A stretch of 64,000 nt of DNA from Candidatus Bathyarchaeota archaeon (GTDB lineage: Archaea; Thermoproteota; Bathyarchaeia; Bathyarchaeales; Bathycorpusculaceae). Position numbers and translations under genes: made by a program. The notes beneath the pieces are model-generated. The model did no database searches. It was not told the origin of the DNA and saw only the letters and a program-made list of their open reading frames with translations. This document shows, piece by piece, positions 48,388 through 58,597 of this stretch. Every line of letters starts with the position of its first letter. Positions within the stretch are counted from its first letter, which is position 1. The stretch is from positions 544,001 through 608,000 of the forward strand of contig CAWHVC010000003.1 of assembly GCA_963832745.1 (NCBI GenBank). Direction: 5' to 3'.

Positions 48388-50316
48388 ATGAAGAAAATGT
48401 TTGCTGTCTGCCTGGTATGCTTCCTTCTGTTGCCCACATTAGATTGGGTTGTGCCTGTTAATGCTTCAAGAACGCTTACAGTACCCAGCGAATATTCAAG
48501 TATTCAACAAGCCATAAACGATGCAAACGCCGGTGACACAGTTTTTGTAAAAGCAGGCACATACAAGGAACAATTAGTTATTGATAAACCATTAATTCTT
48601 AAAGGGCAAGACAAAACCAGCACTTTCCTTGTTTCTGCAGATTCGGGCGCAATTGTGAAGGTAGGCAGTAATAATGTTGAGTTTTCAGGTTTCACGGTTC
48701 GACATGACGGTTTAGGCAGCGGTTACCCTTTGTGGTATTGGAGTTCAGGGAAAGCTGCAGTGCACCTTCTTAATGCGGAAGACTGCCATATTTACGATAA
48801 CCTGATTGCCAGTAGGGGTTGCGGTATCTGGCTCTACAACTCGCACCATAACAATTTACATGACAATACTGTTAGCGAATGTGATTACGGCATCACTTTG
48901 CAGCAATCAAGCCAAAACACGCTAACCAACAATACACTGACAAACAACACCAATGGTTTATCCTTTATGTCCTCGTCCAGTAATACCCTAAAACAAAACA
49001 TTTTAACTGATAATTCCTACAATTTTGAGATTTCAAGTGAAGACCTTTCAGGCTACCTCAACAGTGTGGATGAGTCAAACTTGATTGAAAATAAACCTGT
49101 AATTTATTGGGTAGACAAGACAAACCAAAAAGTTCCCTCGGATGCCGGTCTTGTTGTTTTGGTTAACTGCAAAGACATCACAGTCGACGGCTTAACACTA
49201 TTTCCAAGTACACAGGCAGCTATTACCTTAGCTGGAACCCAAAACTGCCAAGTTAAAAATAACCACATATCTAACAGCAGTGTCGCTATCCAACTTTTCA
49301 ACGCTAAATATGACTTCATTTACAATAATACCCTAAAAGCCATCAACGTAGGTGTCCAATCAAACGGCAACGGAACCACAATACAAAACAATAATATTAT
49401 TGCTGCTACCGGCGTTAGCATCGGCGGTTACTACCAAACCGTAATAGGTAATGCCATAAACTTAGAACAAACCAGTTACTTTGGCGACTACGCAATAACC
49501 TGTACTGGCTCTTATAACAACATAAGCTTAAACCGAATGCAAAATGCAATGCGGGGCATAAGCATAACCGCTTCAAACAACGTGTTTTATGGCAACATCT
49601 TGGACGACTGCAACGAAATTCTGCTTGAAAAAGTAAACGGCAACTTTATCATCAGAAACACCTTGACTTCAACAGGTATCAACATACATGAAGGGTCTGA
49701 AAATGTGCTTTGTGGAAACAAGTTAACTGGCGGTCGTGGCATTAACCTCCTTTTTGGTCACAACAACACGGTATATTCCAACACGGTAGCGAATAGTCAA
49801 GTGGGCGTTCAATGGGGCAGCAAAGCAGAATATGTATCAAACAACCTGTTTTACCATAATAATTTCGTGGGCAATGACCGTCAAATTGGGAAAAGCTGTA
49901 GCAGTTACGCTGTTAACTTTTGGGATAACGGCGAAGAAGGCAACTACTGGAGCGATTATAGCGGCAGCGACTGGAACTTTGATGGTTTGGGCGATTCTGT
50001 TTATGAACTCAAAAGTTACTATGATGGTACAGACGGCGAAGTGACTTACACTTGCGGCATCGATAATCACCCTCTCATGAAGCTTTATGACATCTCCAAA
50101 GCTACCGTGGATCTGCCCGTTTGGGTTGACCCTGAAAAACCTCAAGAAGCCACCCAACCAAACGATTTGCCACCCGTGAATATTCCTCCAATTGACCAAG
50201 AGCCGCCATTATCAACAGCTCAAATCATAGCCATAATAATTGCAGTCTTAGCCACGATAACAGTAATCCTGTACCTGAAACGGAACCGCAAAGCTGGCAA
50301 GCTGCAGACTAGTTGA
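48388..50316 (+). CDS. right-handed beta-helix (NosD/pectin-lyase-like) surface protein
   Basis: VPSEYSSIQQAIN.A..GDTVFV..GTY.E, Asn-rich GI.L..S..N repeats, WDNGEEGNYWSDY, DNHPLM, C-terminal TM. Confidence 0.85.
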   Translation: MKKMFAVCLVCFLLLPTLDWVVPVNASRTLTVPSEYSSIQQAINDANAGDTVFVKAGTYKEQLVIDKPLILKGQDKTSTFLVSADSGAIVKVGSNNVEFSGFTVRHDGLGSGYPLWYWSSGKAAVHLLNAEDCHIYDNLIASRGCGIWLYNSHHNNLHDNTVSECDYGITLQQSSQNTLTNNTLTNNTNGLSFMSSSSNTLKQNILTDNSYNFEISSEDLSGYLNSVDESNLIENKPVIYWVDKTNQKVPSDAGLVVLVNCKDITVDGLTLFPSTQAAITLAGTQNCQVKNNHISNSSVAIQLFNAKYDFIYNNTLKAINVGVQSNGNGTTIQNNNIIAATGVSIGGYYQTVIGNAINLEQTSYFGDYAITCTGSYNNISLNRMQNAMRGISITASNNVFYGNILDDCNEILLEKVNGNFIIRNTLTSTGINIHEGSENVLCGNKLTGGRGINLLFGHNNTVYSNTVANSQVGVQWGSKAEYVSNNLFYHNNFVGNDRQIGKSCSSYAVNFWDNGEEGNYWSDYSGSDWNFDGLGDSVYELKSYYDGTDGEVTYTCGIDNHPLMKLYDISKATVDLPVWVDPEKPQEATQPNDLPPVNIPPIDQEPPLSTAQIIAIIIAVLATITVILYLKRNRKAGKLQTS

Positions 50317-50369
50317 GGCAAATTACAAATAACCCAGCAACCCAGTATTCTACATTGTAGGGTATTGTT

Positions 50370-51917
50370 ATGACTGATGTCGTGTTTACTTTTGAGGTTC
50401 ACCAGCCACACCGGCTAAAACGCAGCTTGTTTTGGGAAGGCAAAATCTTCAAACGCTTAACCAAAAACGAACTCTTCGACTACTACTTTGACAATGAAGG
50501 CGACCGCGAAATTTTCAAGCGGGCAGCACGCAAATGCTATTTTCCCTCAAACCAAATCCTGCTTGACCTCATCGACCGACACCGTCACGAACGCAAACCC
50601 GTAAAAGTTGCTTTCAGCCTTTCCGGCGTCTTTTTAGAACAATGCGAAATGTTCGACAAAGACCTACTTGAAACCTTCAAACAACTTGCAAAAACAGGCA
50701 AAGTTGAGTTTCTTGACCAAACTTATTACCACTCCATTGCAAGTCTTTATCCAGACAAAACCGAGTTCATTGAACAAGTGCAAATGCACCGTCAACTCAT
50801 CCAAGACCTTCTCGGCTACACACCAAGCGTTTTCGAAAACACTGAACTGCTCTACAACAACACCATTGCCAAAACCGTGGAAAGTATGGGTTACAAGGGC
50901 ATCTACACTGAAGGCGTAGAAAAAATACTCGGCGAAAAATCGCCCAACTTTCTTTATACCCCAAAAGGCTGCAAAAAAATCCGCACATTACTACGCAACT
51001 ACAAGTTAACCGACGACATCGGTTTCCGTTTCAGTGCTCGCTGGTGGCCTGATTGGCCTCTGACAGCTGAAAAATATGCCGGTTGGCTTGCAGGCACAAA
51101 AGGTGAAGTTATCAACATTTTCCCCGATTACGAAACCTTTGGAGAGCATCATTGGCCAGAAACAGGTATCCACGATTTTCTACGGCATATGCCTGAAAAA
51201 CTGCTTGAATATGACAACCTGAAAATGATTACCCCGTCTGAGGCGGTTGAGCGCCATATTCCAGTGGGCGAGATTGATGTTCCCGAAACCGAGTTTACCG
51301 TTTCTTGGGCGGACGTGGCAAGAGATTCAACAGGTTGGCTTGGCAACGTGATGCAGTGGGCATACTACACTTCACTCCGTAGGCTGGAACCTTTAGCGAA
51401 AGAAACTGATGACCCTGAATGGTTGCGGCTTTGGCGTGACTTTCAAACAAGCGACCACCTTTATTACATGTTCACCGCTGGAGGTGGACCCGGCGAAGTT
51501 CACTCGTACTTTAGTCCATACGAGTCACCCATGGATGCATTCGCGGTTGCTCAATCATTGCTTAACGATTTTGAGTCACGCCTACGCATGGCGATTTTAA
51601 CCGCTAACGAACCATTCCTTTTCTACACTGGCACTGGTAAAGCATGCTACACTGGCGTTATGGCATGGAGCCTCTGTGGATTCATAAAAGTCGTCCAAAC
51701 AGTCGACTCCGAAGCGCTTGAATTCCACGTTGGTAACGGTGATTTCGAAAGCTGGATCAAGTTTTCCCTTAAAGATGAAGAGTTAGCTGAAAAAATTCAT
51801 CAAATTGCCGCTTCAAAGAAAAAGAAAGAAGCCCTAAGACGTGCAATTGTTACTGCAGCAAAGACTCGTTACACGACTCTTTTAGGTAAAGCGCAGGAAG
51901 CTACACGGCAATTCTGA
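50370..51917 (+). CDS. GH57 alpha-amylase with C-terminal DUF5752-like domain
   Basis: FEVHQP.RL, QTYYHS, FENTEL, DDIGFRFS, DYETFGEH, SDHLYYM; tail EPFLFYTG.G...SL..F......LEFH...GDFE.WI. Confidence 0.9.
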   Translation: MTDVVFTFEVHQPHRLKRSLFWEGKIFKRLTKNELFDYYFDNEGDREIFKRAARKCYFPSNQILLDLIDRHRHERKPVKVAFSLSGVFLEQCEMFDKDLLETFKQLAKTGKVEFLDQTYYHSIASLYPDKTEFIEQVQMHRQLIQDLLGYTPSVFENTELLYNNTIAKTVESMGYKGIYTEGVEKILGEKSPNFLYTPKGCKKIRTLLRNYKLTDDIGFRFSARWWPDWPLTAEKYAGWLAGTKGEVINIFPDYETFGEHHWPETGIHDFLRHMPEKLLEYDNLKMITPSEAVERHIPVGEIDVPETEFTVSWADVARDSTGWLGNVMQWAYYTSLRRLEPLAKETDDPEWLRLWRDFQTSDHLYYMFTAGGGPGEVHSYFSPYESPMDAFAVAQSLLNDFESRLRMAILTANEPFLFYTGTGKACYTGVMAWSLCGFIKVVQTVDSEALEFHVGNGDFESWIKFSLKDEELAEKIHQIAASKKKKEALRRAIVTAAKTRYTTLLGKAQEATRQF

Positions 51918-51980
51918 AGCTGTTCGCATTGATTTATAAGACCCATTTTTCCTTATTTTAAGTGAATTGAGGTCACATTA

Positions 51981-52232
51981 ATGAGAGAAGAACTTCCATT
52001 TCCCGACAAGGTTCTGCAGACCCTTCATAACCTTTGTGCAACTGCCGCTGACCTGTCAAGGCGCAGTGATGAGGTAGCAAGAATTCTGCAGAAGGATCCT
52101 AATGAGATTGAAGGCATCCTTGACAAGTACAAGTCTGAAGGTTTCGCTGAAAGCTTTGTTGACAACGAAGGCAAAAAACGTTATTACCTTAACGGTAGAG
52201 GCATAATCAAAGTCTGTTCACTCTTTACATAA
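51981..52232 (+). CDS. small winged-helix-like protein
   Basis: 83 aa, EVARIL...EIE.IL.....EG...RYYL..RG pattern; GAGGT SD. Confidence 0.7.
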   Translation: MREELPFPDKVLQTLHNLCATAADLSRRSDEVARILQKDPNEIEGILDKYKSEGFAESFVDNEGKKRYYLNGRGIIKVCSLFT

Positions 52233-52244
52233 AGTGACCTGTTT

Positions 52245-52868
52245 ATGCGCGTAATACTGTTTTCTTGGGAGTATCCGCCTAGGGTTGTGGGGAAACTTGC
52301 TGAATACGTTAGCGCGCTATCTACTAACTTGGTAAAAAGTAAAGTTGACACTTATGTTGTCACTTATCACGATTACTTGACTGGGTTATCGGTTGAATCT
52401 TCTGGAGTAAAAACTTTCCGCGTGACTAACCCAGTGAAAACTCACATCGGCGTTTTAACATGGGTGCTGACTCTTAACCAAGAGGTTGAACGAGCCGCAG
52501 CCAACATTTATTACGATTCAAAAAAGAAAGTTGACTTAATTGACGTGTATGATTGGCATTTAGTTCCAGCCGCTGTGGCACTAAAAAATGGGCTTGGAAT
52601 ACCATTTGTTTACTCTGTTGAAAGCCTAGAGGATCACCGTTCACTATCTTCAAACTCACCCTATAATATGGCAATCAAAAGTATCGAGTGGCTAGGCTGC
52701 TACGAGTCAAGCGTTATCAGCGTAAAATCTGAATGGATGAAAGAAGAAATCATTCGCATTTACAACGTGCCCAAAGAAAAAATCGTTACTCTCTCAACCG
52801 AACCTGAAACATGGCTGAAAAGTGTTCTTGAAACCTATAACTTAGCAGTTGGAGGCGCTAAAGCTTGA
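52245..52868 (+). CDS. GT4 glycosyltransferase N-terminal-domain-only protein
   Basis: SWEYPPRVVG.L, D.YDW; ends without the C-terminal EPFG domain. Confidence 0.75.
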   Translation: MRVILFSWEYPPRVVGKLAEYVSALSTNLVKSKVDTYVVTYHDYLTGLSVESSGVKTFRVTNPVKTHIGVLTWVLTLNQEVERAAANIYYDSKKKVDLIDVYDWHLVPAAVALKNGLGIPFVYSVESLEDHRSLSSNSPYNMAIKSIEWLGCYESSVISVKSEWMKEEIIRIYNVPKEKIVTLSTEPETWLKSVLETYNLAVGGAKA

Positions 52869-54074
52869 AGCATGAATTAAGTGTTATGATGCTATCTTGG
52901 GAGTATCCGCCAAGAGTAATCGGCGGAATTTCGCCACACATTTATCACTTGTCTAAAAGCTTAGCCAAGCAAGGGGTAAAAGTTTACGTTGCAACATGCG
53001 ATTTCCCAGGTGCACCAGCTCATGAAACCACTGTTGACGGCGTAGAAGTTTACCGCATGGACAGCTATAAAACTCCAGCGCCCGATTTTGCAACTTGGGT
53101 TTACCTCATGAACTTAAACATGCAAAAAGAAACCGCGGCAATTGTCCGTAAACTCGGAGACAAAATCGACGTTTTCCATGCACACGACTGGCTTGTTGCT
53201 AATGCTGGTATTGGGCTTAAGCACATTTTCAGAAAACCGTTGCTGGTAACCATGCATTCCACTGAGATGGGACGTCGTGATGGCACACACACATCTACAG
53301 AGAAGATGATTCATGAAACTGAAGCTTGGCTAAACTATGAAGCTTGGAAAGTTATCTGTTGCAGCGATTACATGATTCAACATGTAAAGTGGGCTTTTGG
53401 GTTGCCAAGTGATAAACTAGTCGATGGTTCCTAACGGCGTAGACACAAAAAGTTATGATGCAGCCAACAGTGATATGAAAGCTTTCAGAAGCCGATATGC
53501 TTTGCCTGAAGAAAAAATTGTCCTCTATGTTGGCAGACTCGTATACGAGAAAGGTATTCATATTTTAATTAATGCGGTGCCCAAAATCTTAAGCAAAGTC
53601 AACGCCAAATTCATAATTGTGGGCAGTGGCTACATGAAAGAGCAATTGTTAAACATTGTCCGCAGCATGGGTTTGGAACATAAAGTGCTTTTTGAAGGCT
53701 TCGTGGATGAAGATAGCCTGATAAAACTGCAGAAAGCCGCTGATGTTTCTGTTGTGCCTAGCCTGTTTGAACCCTTTGGCATTGTAGCGTTGGAGGCAAT
53801 GGCTGCAAAAAGTCCAGTGGTTGTTTCCGATACGGGCGGCTTATCTGAGATTGTTGAGCATGACGTTACAGGTGTGAAGGTTTACCCTAACAATCCTGAA
53901 TCGTTGGCTTGGGGCATAAGCAAGTTGCTGCTTGATCCTGTTTACGCGGGTAAAATTCGCGAGAACGCTTACCGCACGGTTCTTGAGAAGTATGATTGGG
54001 CTAAAATCGCTCAGCAAACCAAACAGATCTACGAGAATGTTCTGGGTGAGTACTCGAAAAGTTTTTGGGCTTAA
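52865..54074 (+). CDS. GT4 glycosyltransferase (glycogen-synthase-like), split by +1 frameshift at 53423
   Basis: SWEYPPRVIGG, HAHDWL, then YVGRLVYEKG, PSLFEPFGIVALEAMA; removing one G in GTC G ATG gives DKLV-MVPNGV. Confidence 0.88.
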
Positions 54075-54305
54075 TCTTTACCCAGTCAGCGGAGTAGGGT
54101 CTGTCTCGTAAAAAGAACTATATCCTTCTTTTACTTTTAGCAAATACTGACTAAATAGAAGCTGAACGGGTACACCGTTCCGGCAAAGTTTTTAGCACTC
54201 AAAAACGGCAGCACCTTTCTGTTAATCCTTTAAAGAAACAGGAACTGCTTGAGTTCTAAACATTACGCTTCTTGTTTAGCGGAGCTTATGTTTGGAGGTG
54301 AAAAC

Positions 54306-56411
54306 ATTAAGAAAAAAATTTTTTTCGCAGCTTCATTTTCAGTCATTTTTGTTTGTTCACTCTTGGTTTTAAATTTGCAGGCAAACGCGTCCATAAGTGA
54401 CGATCTTCAAATTACGCCTGTTCCAAACTTTTCAGGTCAAATGTTTTCATCTTTTTTTGCTCCAAACGGCACCTTGTTTGCAGGAGACATAAACTATAAC
54501 TTGTATCGTAGTGACGATTATGGCTCCACGTTTAGGCTGATTTATCAGTTTCCTAAACCTGATAACCCCGTAACTATGGTGACAGGGTATGTTTGGACAA
54601 TTTTTGTTGATTCAAGAAACAACCTTTTTGTTTCAATCCCCTGCACCAACCGTTTGTACCGTAGCACTAATTACGGAGCAAGTTTTTCAACGGTTCTTAA
54701 CACAAATGGCACGCAAAACGATGGTTTCTATATCGCGGTCACAGAAGATTCTCAAGGAAGTCTTTACACTGCAACCTACTGTAACAGCATCTACCCCAAC
54801 CAGCCGACACTGCTGAAAAGCACTAACGGTGGTGCTTCATGGCGGATAATACAGCAAGCATCTGCTATACATTATCATAACATCAAGTTTAACCCTTCAA
54901 ACGGTTACCTTTACGCTTGCACAGGAGAATGGACTCCCGGCTACAATAATGCTGACCGTGAACGGGTTTACCGAAGCAAAGACCTTGGACAAACGTGGAC
55001 CATAGTCATTGACAGGACAACGCAGGGTGAAGAATACGGCAACACCATTTATCTGCCGATGCTGTTTGATGGCAACTGGGTCTATTTAGGAACAGACCAA
55101 GCGTACCGACCGAACTGGATAGACCGCTTCTACGACACAGGCATAAACACGCTTTTCCAGCCCCAGACAGTCTACTCTTTCCCCAGCGACAGTAACTTTC
55201 CAGTAATCTCCGCTGTTTGGCTGGGTAACACGATGCTTTTCTCTTCAACCTCCGAGTTTTACGACGGCACAGAACGTGTAGTTGCAAGCAGAGACGGCGT
55301 AAACTGGGAAGTAATCAAAGAAGACTATGTTACCCAAAACCTTCACCACACAAACATGCTCACCTGCAATCCTAAAGGCATCGTTTTTGGGTCTAACGGT
55401 CCGGACAAAACTTTTGCGATAACACAAAAAACTGTTCAGCCAACACCCACCCCAACCGTGCAACCAACACCAACTCCGACAACGTCGCCAACACAAGAAC
55501 TCTTCAGAGCAGACTTTGAAACCAGCAGTTTTAGTGAATACCAAGGCATTAGCGGAGGCGGGACTCACACAGAAACAGTTGAAACAGCTAATCCTCATCA
55601 CGGTAGCTACGACGCCAAATTCGTAACAGGCTCGTCCAGCGAAGGATGGGCATACAAAACACTCACAAGCACACCTGTAGCCTACTATCGGCAACTAATC
55701 AAAATTGGGTCCTTGCCAACCACTAATGGTTACCTGTACTTGGGCAGCCTCCAAAACTCTAACTCCCAAAACACTGTTGACCCCTTTATCCACAACAGCA
55801 ACGGGCAATACTACTGGGGCACGGTGTCAGTAATTAATGGAGTATTCTTCTGGGACCAAGAAGCCACACCAAGCAACCCTAAAACTGGAACCTACTACAA
55901 CGTTGAAGTTCTCCGTGACGTAACTAACCATAAAACCCGTCTTTGGATTGACGGAAACCAGAGAGTTGACGCCACCCGTACGCATGTTGGAAACACGAAT
56001 TTGCTCTGCACAGGGATTTCTTGGAGTGACAGCGCCGCTTTGATTTATGTCGATTGTGTACTTGTAAAAACCTTGTATGTTGGTCCTGAATCATCTCCTC
56101 AACCAACTCCCACGCCAACGCCTACTCCTACGCCAACACCAACGGTTACACCTATGCCTTCTGATGCAGCATTAACACCGGCAATCCAAGTAAGCGCAAA
56201 CGTAACAGTAACAGCCATCAACTTCAGACAATCAACAAGCCAACTCTATGTCACCATAAGCAAAAACGGCACAAACCTTATCGAATCAACCATAAACAAA
56301 GCTAGCTTGCCAAGCATTGCGCAACTCAGGGTTTACATTAACAACAGCCAAAAAGCCTACACCTACACTGACCTGGGAAACTCATGGAAAATGACTGTTA
56401 AAACAACCTAA
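54306..56411 (+). CDS. secreted BNR/Asp-box beta-propeller plus beta-sandwich (LamG/CBM-like) protein
   Basis: Asp-boxes YRSDDYGSTF, YRSTNYGASF, KSTNGGASW, RSKDLGQTW, SRDGVNW; PT linkers; FRADFET module; start probably ATT 54306 (alternative ATG 54288). Confidence 0.8.
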   Translation: MKKKIFFAASFSVIFVCSLLVLNLQANASISDDLQITPVPNFSGQMFSSFFAPNGTLFAGDINYNLYRSDDYGSTFRLIYQFPKPDNPVTMVTGYVWTIFVDSRNNLFVSIPCTNRLYRSTNYGASFSTVLNTNGTQNDGFYIAVTEDSQGSLYTATYCNSIYPNQPTLLKSTNGGASWRIIQQASAIHYHNIKFNPSNGYLYACTGEWTPGYNNADRERVYRSKDLGQTWTIVIDRTTQGEEYGNTIYLPMLFDGNWVYLGTDQAYRPNWIDRFYDTGINTLFQPQTVYSFPSDSNFPVISAVWLGNTMLFSSTSEFYDGTERVVASRDGVNWEVIKEDYVTQNLHHTNMLTCNPKGIVFGSNGPDKTFAITQKTVQPTPTPTVQPTPTPTTSPTQELFRADFETSSFSEYQGISGGGTHTETVETANPHHGSYDAKFVTGSSSEGWAYKTLTSTPVAYYRQLIKIGSLPTTNGYLYLGSLQNSNSQNTVDPFIHNSNGQYYWGTVSVINGVFFWDQEATPSNPKTGTYYNVEVLRDVTNHKTRLWIDGNQRVDATRTHVGNTNLLCTGISWSDSAALIYVDCVLVKTLYVGPESSPQPTPTPTPTPTPTPTVTPMPSDAALTPAIQVSANVTVTAINFRQSTSQLYVTISKNGTNLIESTINKASLPSIAQLRVYINNSQKAYTYTDLGNSWKMTVKTT
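56098..56159 (+). repeat. Pro-Thr linker repeat (coding)
   Basis: PQPTPTPTPTPTPTPTVTPMP; similar linkers near 55435, 57523 and 58174. Confidence 0.8.
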
Positions 56412-56451
56412 TCCCCAGTTTTTAAACAATTTTTTGATTTAAGGTGAAAAA

Positions 56452-58494
56452 ATGAAAAACAAAACACTATTTTTCACAATTATCCTACTCTTAAGCTTAA
56501 TAGCTTCTATTTTCATAGTTCAAACTAAAAGCGCTCAATCCTTAACTTTCAATTCTACAACACTTACCAAGCCCATAGAAGCGTCATGTATCACCAAAGA
56601 CGGCACCACATACGCCGCATCATCAGGCAGCATCTACAAAAGCATTGACCAAGGCAAAGCATGGTCCACCGCACTAATAACAATCGCAAACGTAGACGAC
56701 ATAGGCTGCTTTTTTGCAGCATCAAACGGTTACATCTACTTTTCGCCCTCAGGAAACAGCCTTAGCCAATCAAACATTGGACTATGGCGAAGCACAAACC
56801 AAGGCCAAACATGGACACGAGTTCTCGCATTAAGCACTTCAGAATGCATCTGGGGAATCGACGAAGACAGCCAAGGTAACCTTTTTGCCGGCGTATACAC
56901 GACTGGCGATTTGAATTCTAACGCAAGAATCTACAAAAGCACAAACAACGGCACAGGTTGGACTTCAGTCTATTACGACTCAACAGCCCGACATGTTCAC
57001 TGCATAAGGGTCGATAAAAGCAACAATTACATCTACGCAACAGTCGGTGACAATTTTGGCGTATGGAATACAGCTTACGTTTTGCGGTCAACCAATGGTG
57101 GTTCAACCTGGACAAAAATCCTCGCTGGTATGCCTCAAATGGTAGCGATTGAAATATTGCCGGGTGTAAGAATTTTTGGAACAGACTTTTACGCTGCCAA
57201 CGGCCTTTTCAGAACAACTGACGACAACTCTTTCACTCAGGTTTTGGACGTTGGTGCCAGTTCGTACTGTTTTTGGATACGCAAAAGTGACATGGAAAAT
57301 CTTGTGGTTGCTGGATTCTGTGGAGGAGAGGGTTCTCCAAGAACTGCCGGTGTTTATGTAAGCACTGATAACGGTTTAAGCTGGACTTTAGCAGAAAGCC
57401 TTCCAACCCAAAAAGCCTACGATGGAACCAAAACGGCAAGCAATTATGTTCAAGGCGTACTTTACCATGATGTAATATTAAACGGAGTTTTACAAAACGG
57501 CAAATCCATAATTTCAACCATGCCCACGCCTACTCTGACACCAACACCTACGCAAACACAAGTGCCCACACAGGAACTTTTCAAAGCTGACTTTGAAACC
57601 GGAAGTTTTAGTGAGTATCAAGGCGTAAACGGAGCAGGTACATACACGGCAAATATTGAAAACGGCAGCCCTCACCATGGCTCATACGACGCCAAATTTA
57701 CTGCCGGAGCCTCAAGTGAAGGTTGGGCATACAAGACCCTCACCAGTTCACCAACCATCTTTTACCGTCAACTACTAAAAATTGGCACGTTACCTCAATC
57801 AGGCTCTTACTTGTACTTGGGAAGTATTCAAAACTCCAACTCCGAAAACACGCTTGACCCATTCATCTACAACGCCAATGGTCAGTATTATTGGGGAACA
57901 GTTTCAGTTATCAACGGTGCATTCTATTGGGACAGGGAATCCACTCCGAGTAATCCGCAAACTGGAGTCTACTATAACGTGGAAATCTGCAGAGACACAG
58001 CTGGACACCACAGCCAACTATGGGTAGACGGAACCTCAAAGGTAAACGCGGTCAGGGCTCATGTTGGCAACACTAATTTGCTGTGCACAGGAATTTCTTA
58101 TGCAGAATCAGCCTCAACGGTTTATGTTGACTGCGTCAGGGTCAGCACAGCCTATATCGCTCCCGAGAGTGCACCTCAACCAACACCCACACCAACCGTA
58201 ACACCAACGCCGACTCCCACACCCACGCCTACACCTAAACCCTCAGACGCGCCAGTAACAAACGCCGTTCAAATCAGCGCTAACGTAACCGTAACAGAAG
58301 TCAACTTTCAGCAATCAACAAGACAACTAAACATAACCATAATCAAAAACGGCACAAACCAAATAGAAGCAACAATCAACAAAAACAGTCTACCCACAAT
58401 TTCAACACTTAAAGTCTACATTAATGGCAGCCAAAAAACCTACAACTACACTGACAATGGCGACTCGTGGAAAGTCACCATAAAAACAACCTAA
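56452..58494 (+). CDS. secreted BNR/Asp-box beta-propeller protein, tandem paralog of 54306..56411
   Basis: Asp-boxes YKSIDQGKAW, WRSTNQGQTW, KSTNNGTGW, RSTNGGSTW, STDNGLSW; C-terminal about 320 aa clearly homologous to the upstream gene. Confidence 0.85.
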   Translation: MKNKTLFFTIILLLSLIASIFIVQTKSAQSLTFNSTTLTKPIEASCITKDGTTYAASSGSIYKSIDQGKAWSTALITIANVDDIGCFFAASNGYIYFSPSGNSLSQSNIGLWRSTNQGQTWTRVLALSTSECIWGIDEDSQGNLFAGVYTTGDLNSNARIYKSTNNGTGWTSVYYDSTARHVHCIRVDKSNNYIYATVGDNFGVWNTAYVLRSTNGGSTWTKILAGMPQMVAIEILPGVRIFGTDFYAANGLFRTTDDNSFTQVLDVGASSYCFWIRKSDMENLVVAGFCGGEGSPRTAGVYVSTDNGLSWTLAESLPTQKAYDGTKTASNYVQGVLYHDVILNGVLQNGKSIISTMPTPTLTPTPTQTQVPTQELFKADFETGSFSEYQGVNGAGTYTANIENGSPHHGSYDAKFTAGASSEGWAYKTLTSSPTIFYRQLLKIGTLPQSGSYLYLGSIQNSNSENTLDPFIYNANGQYYWGTVSVINGAFYWDRESTPSNPQTGVYYNVEICRDTAGHHSQLWVDGTSKVNAVRAHVGNTNLLCTGISYAESASTVYVDCVRVSTAYIAPESAPQPTPTPTVTPTPTPTPTPTPKPSDAPVTNAVQISANVTVTEVNFQQSTRQLNITIIKNGTNQIEATINKNSLPTISTLKVYINGSQKTYNYTDNGDSWKVTIKTT

Positions 58495-58597
58495 CAACTC
58501 CGTTTTCTAAAGAAAAAATTGACCTCTAACAAATTATTTGCTTGACAAAATAAATTATCAAAAAACCTAAAAAGCAATAACATTGCATCTAAATTTC

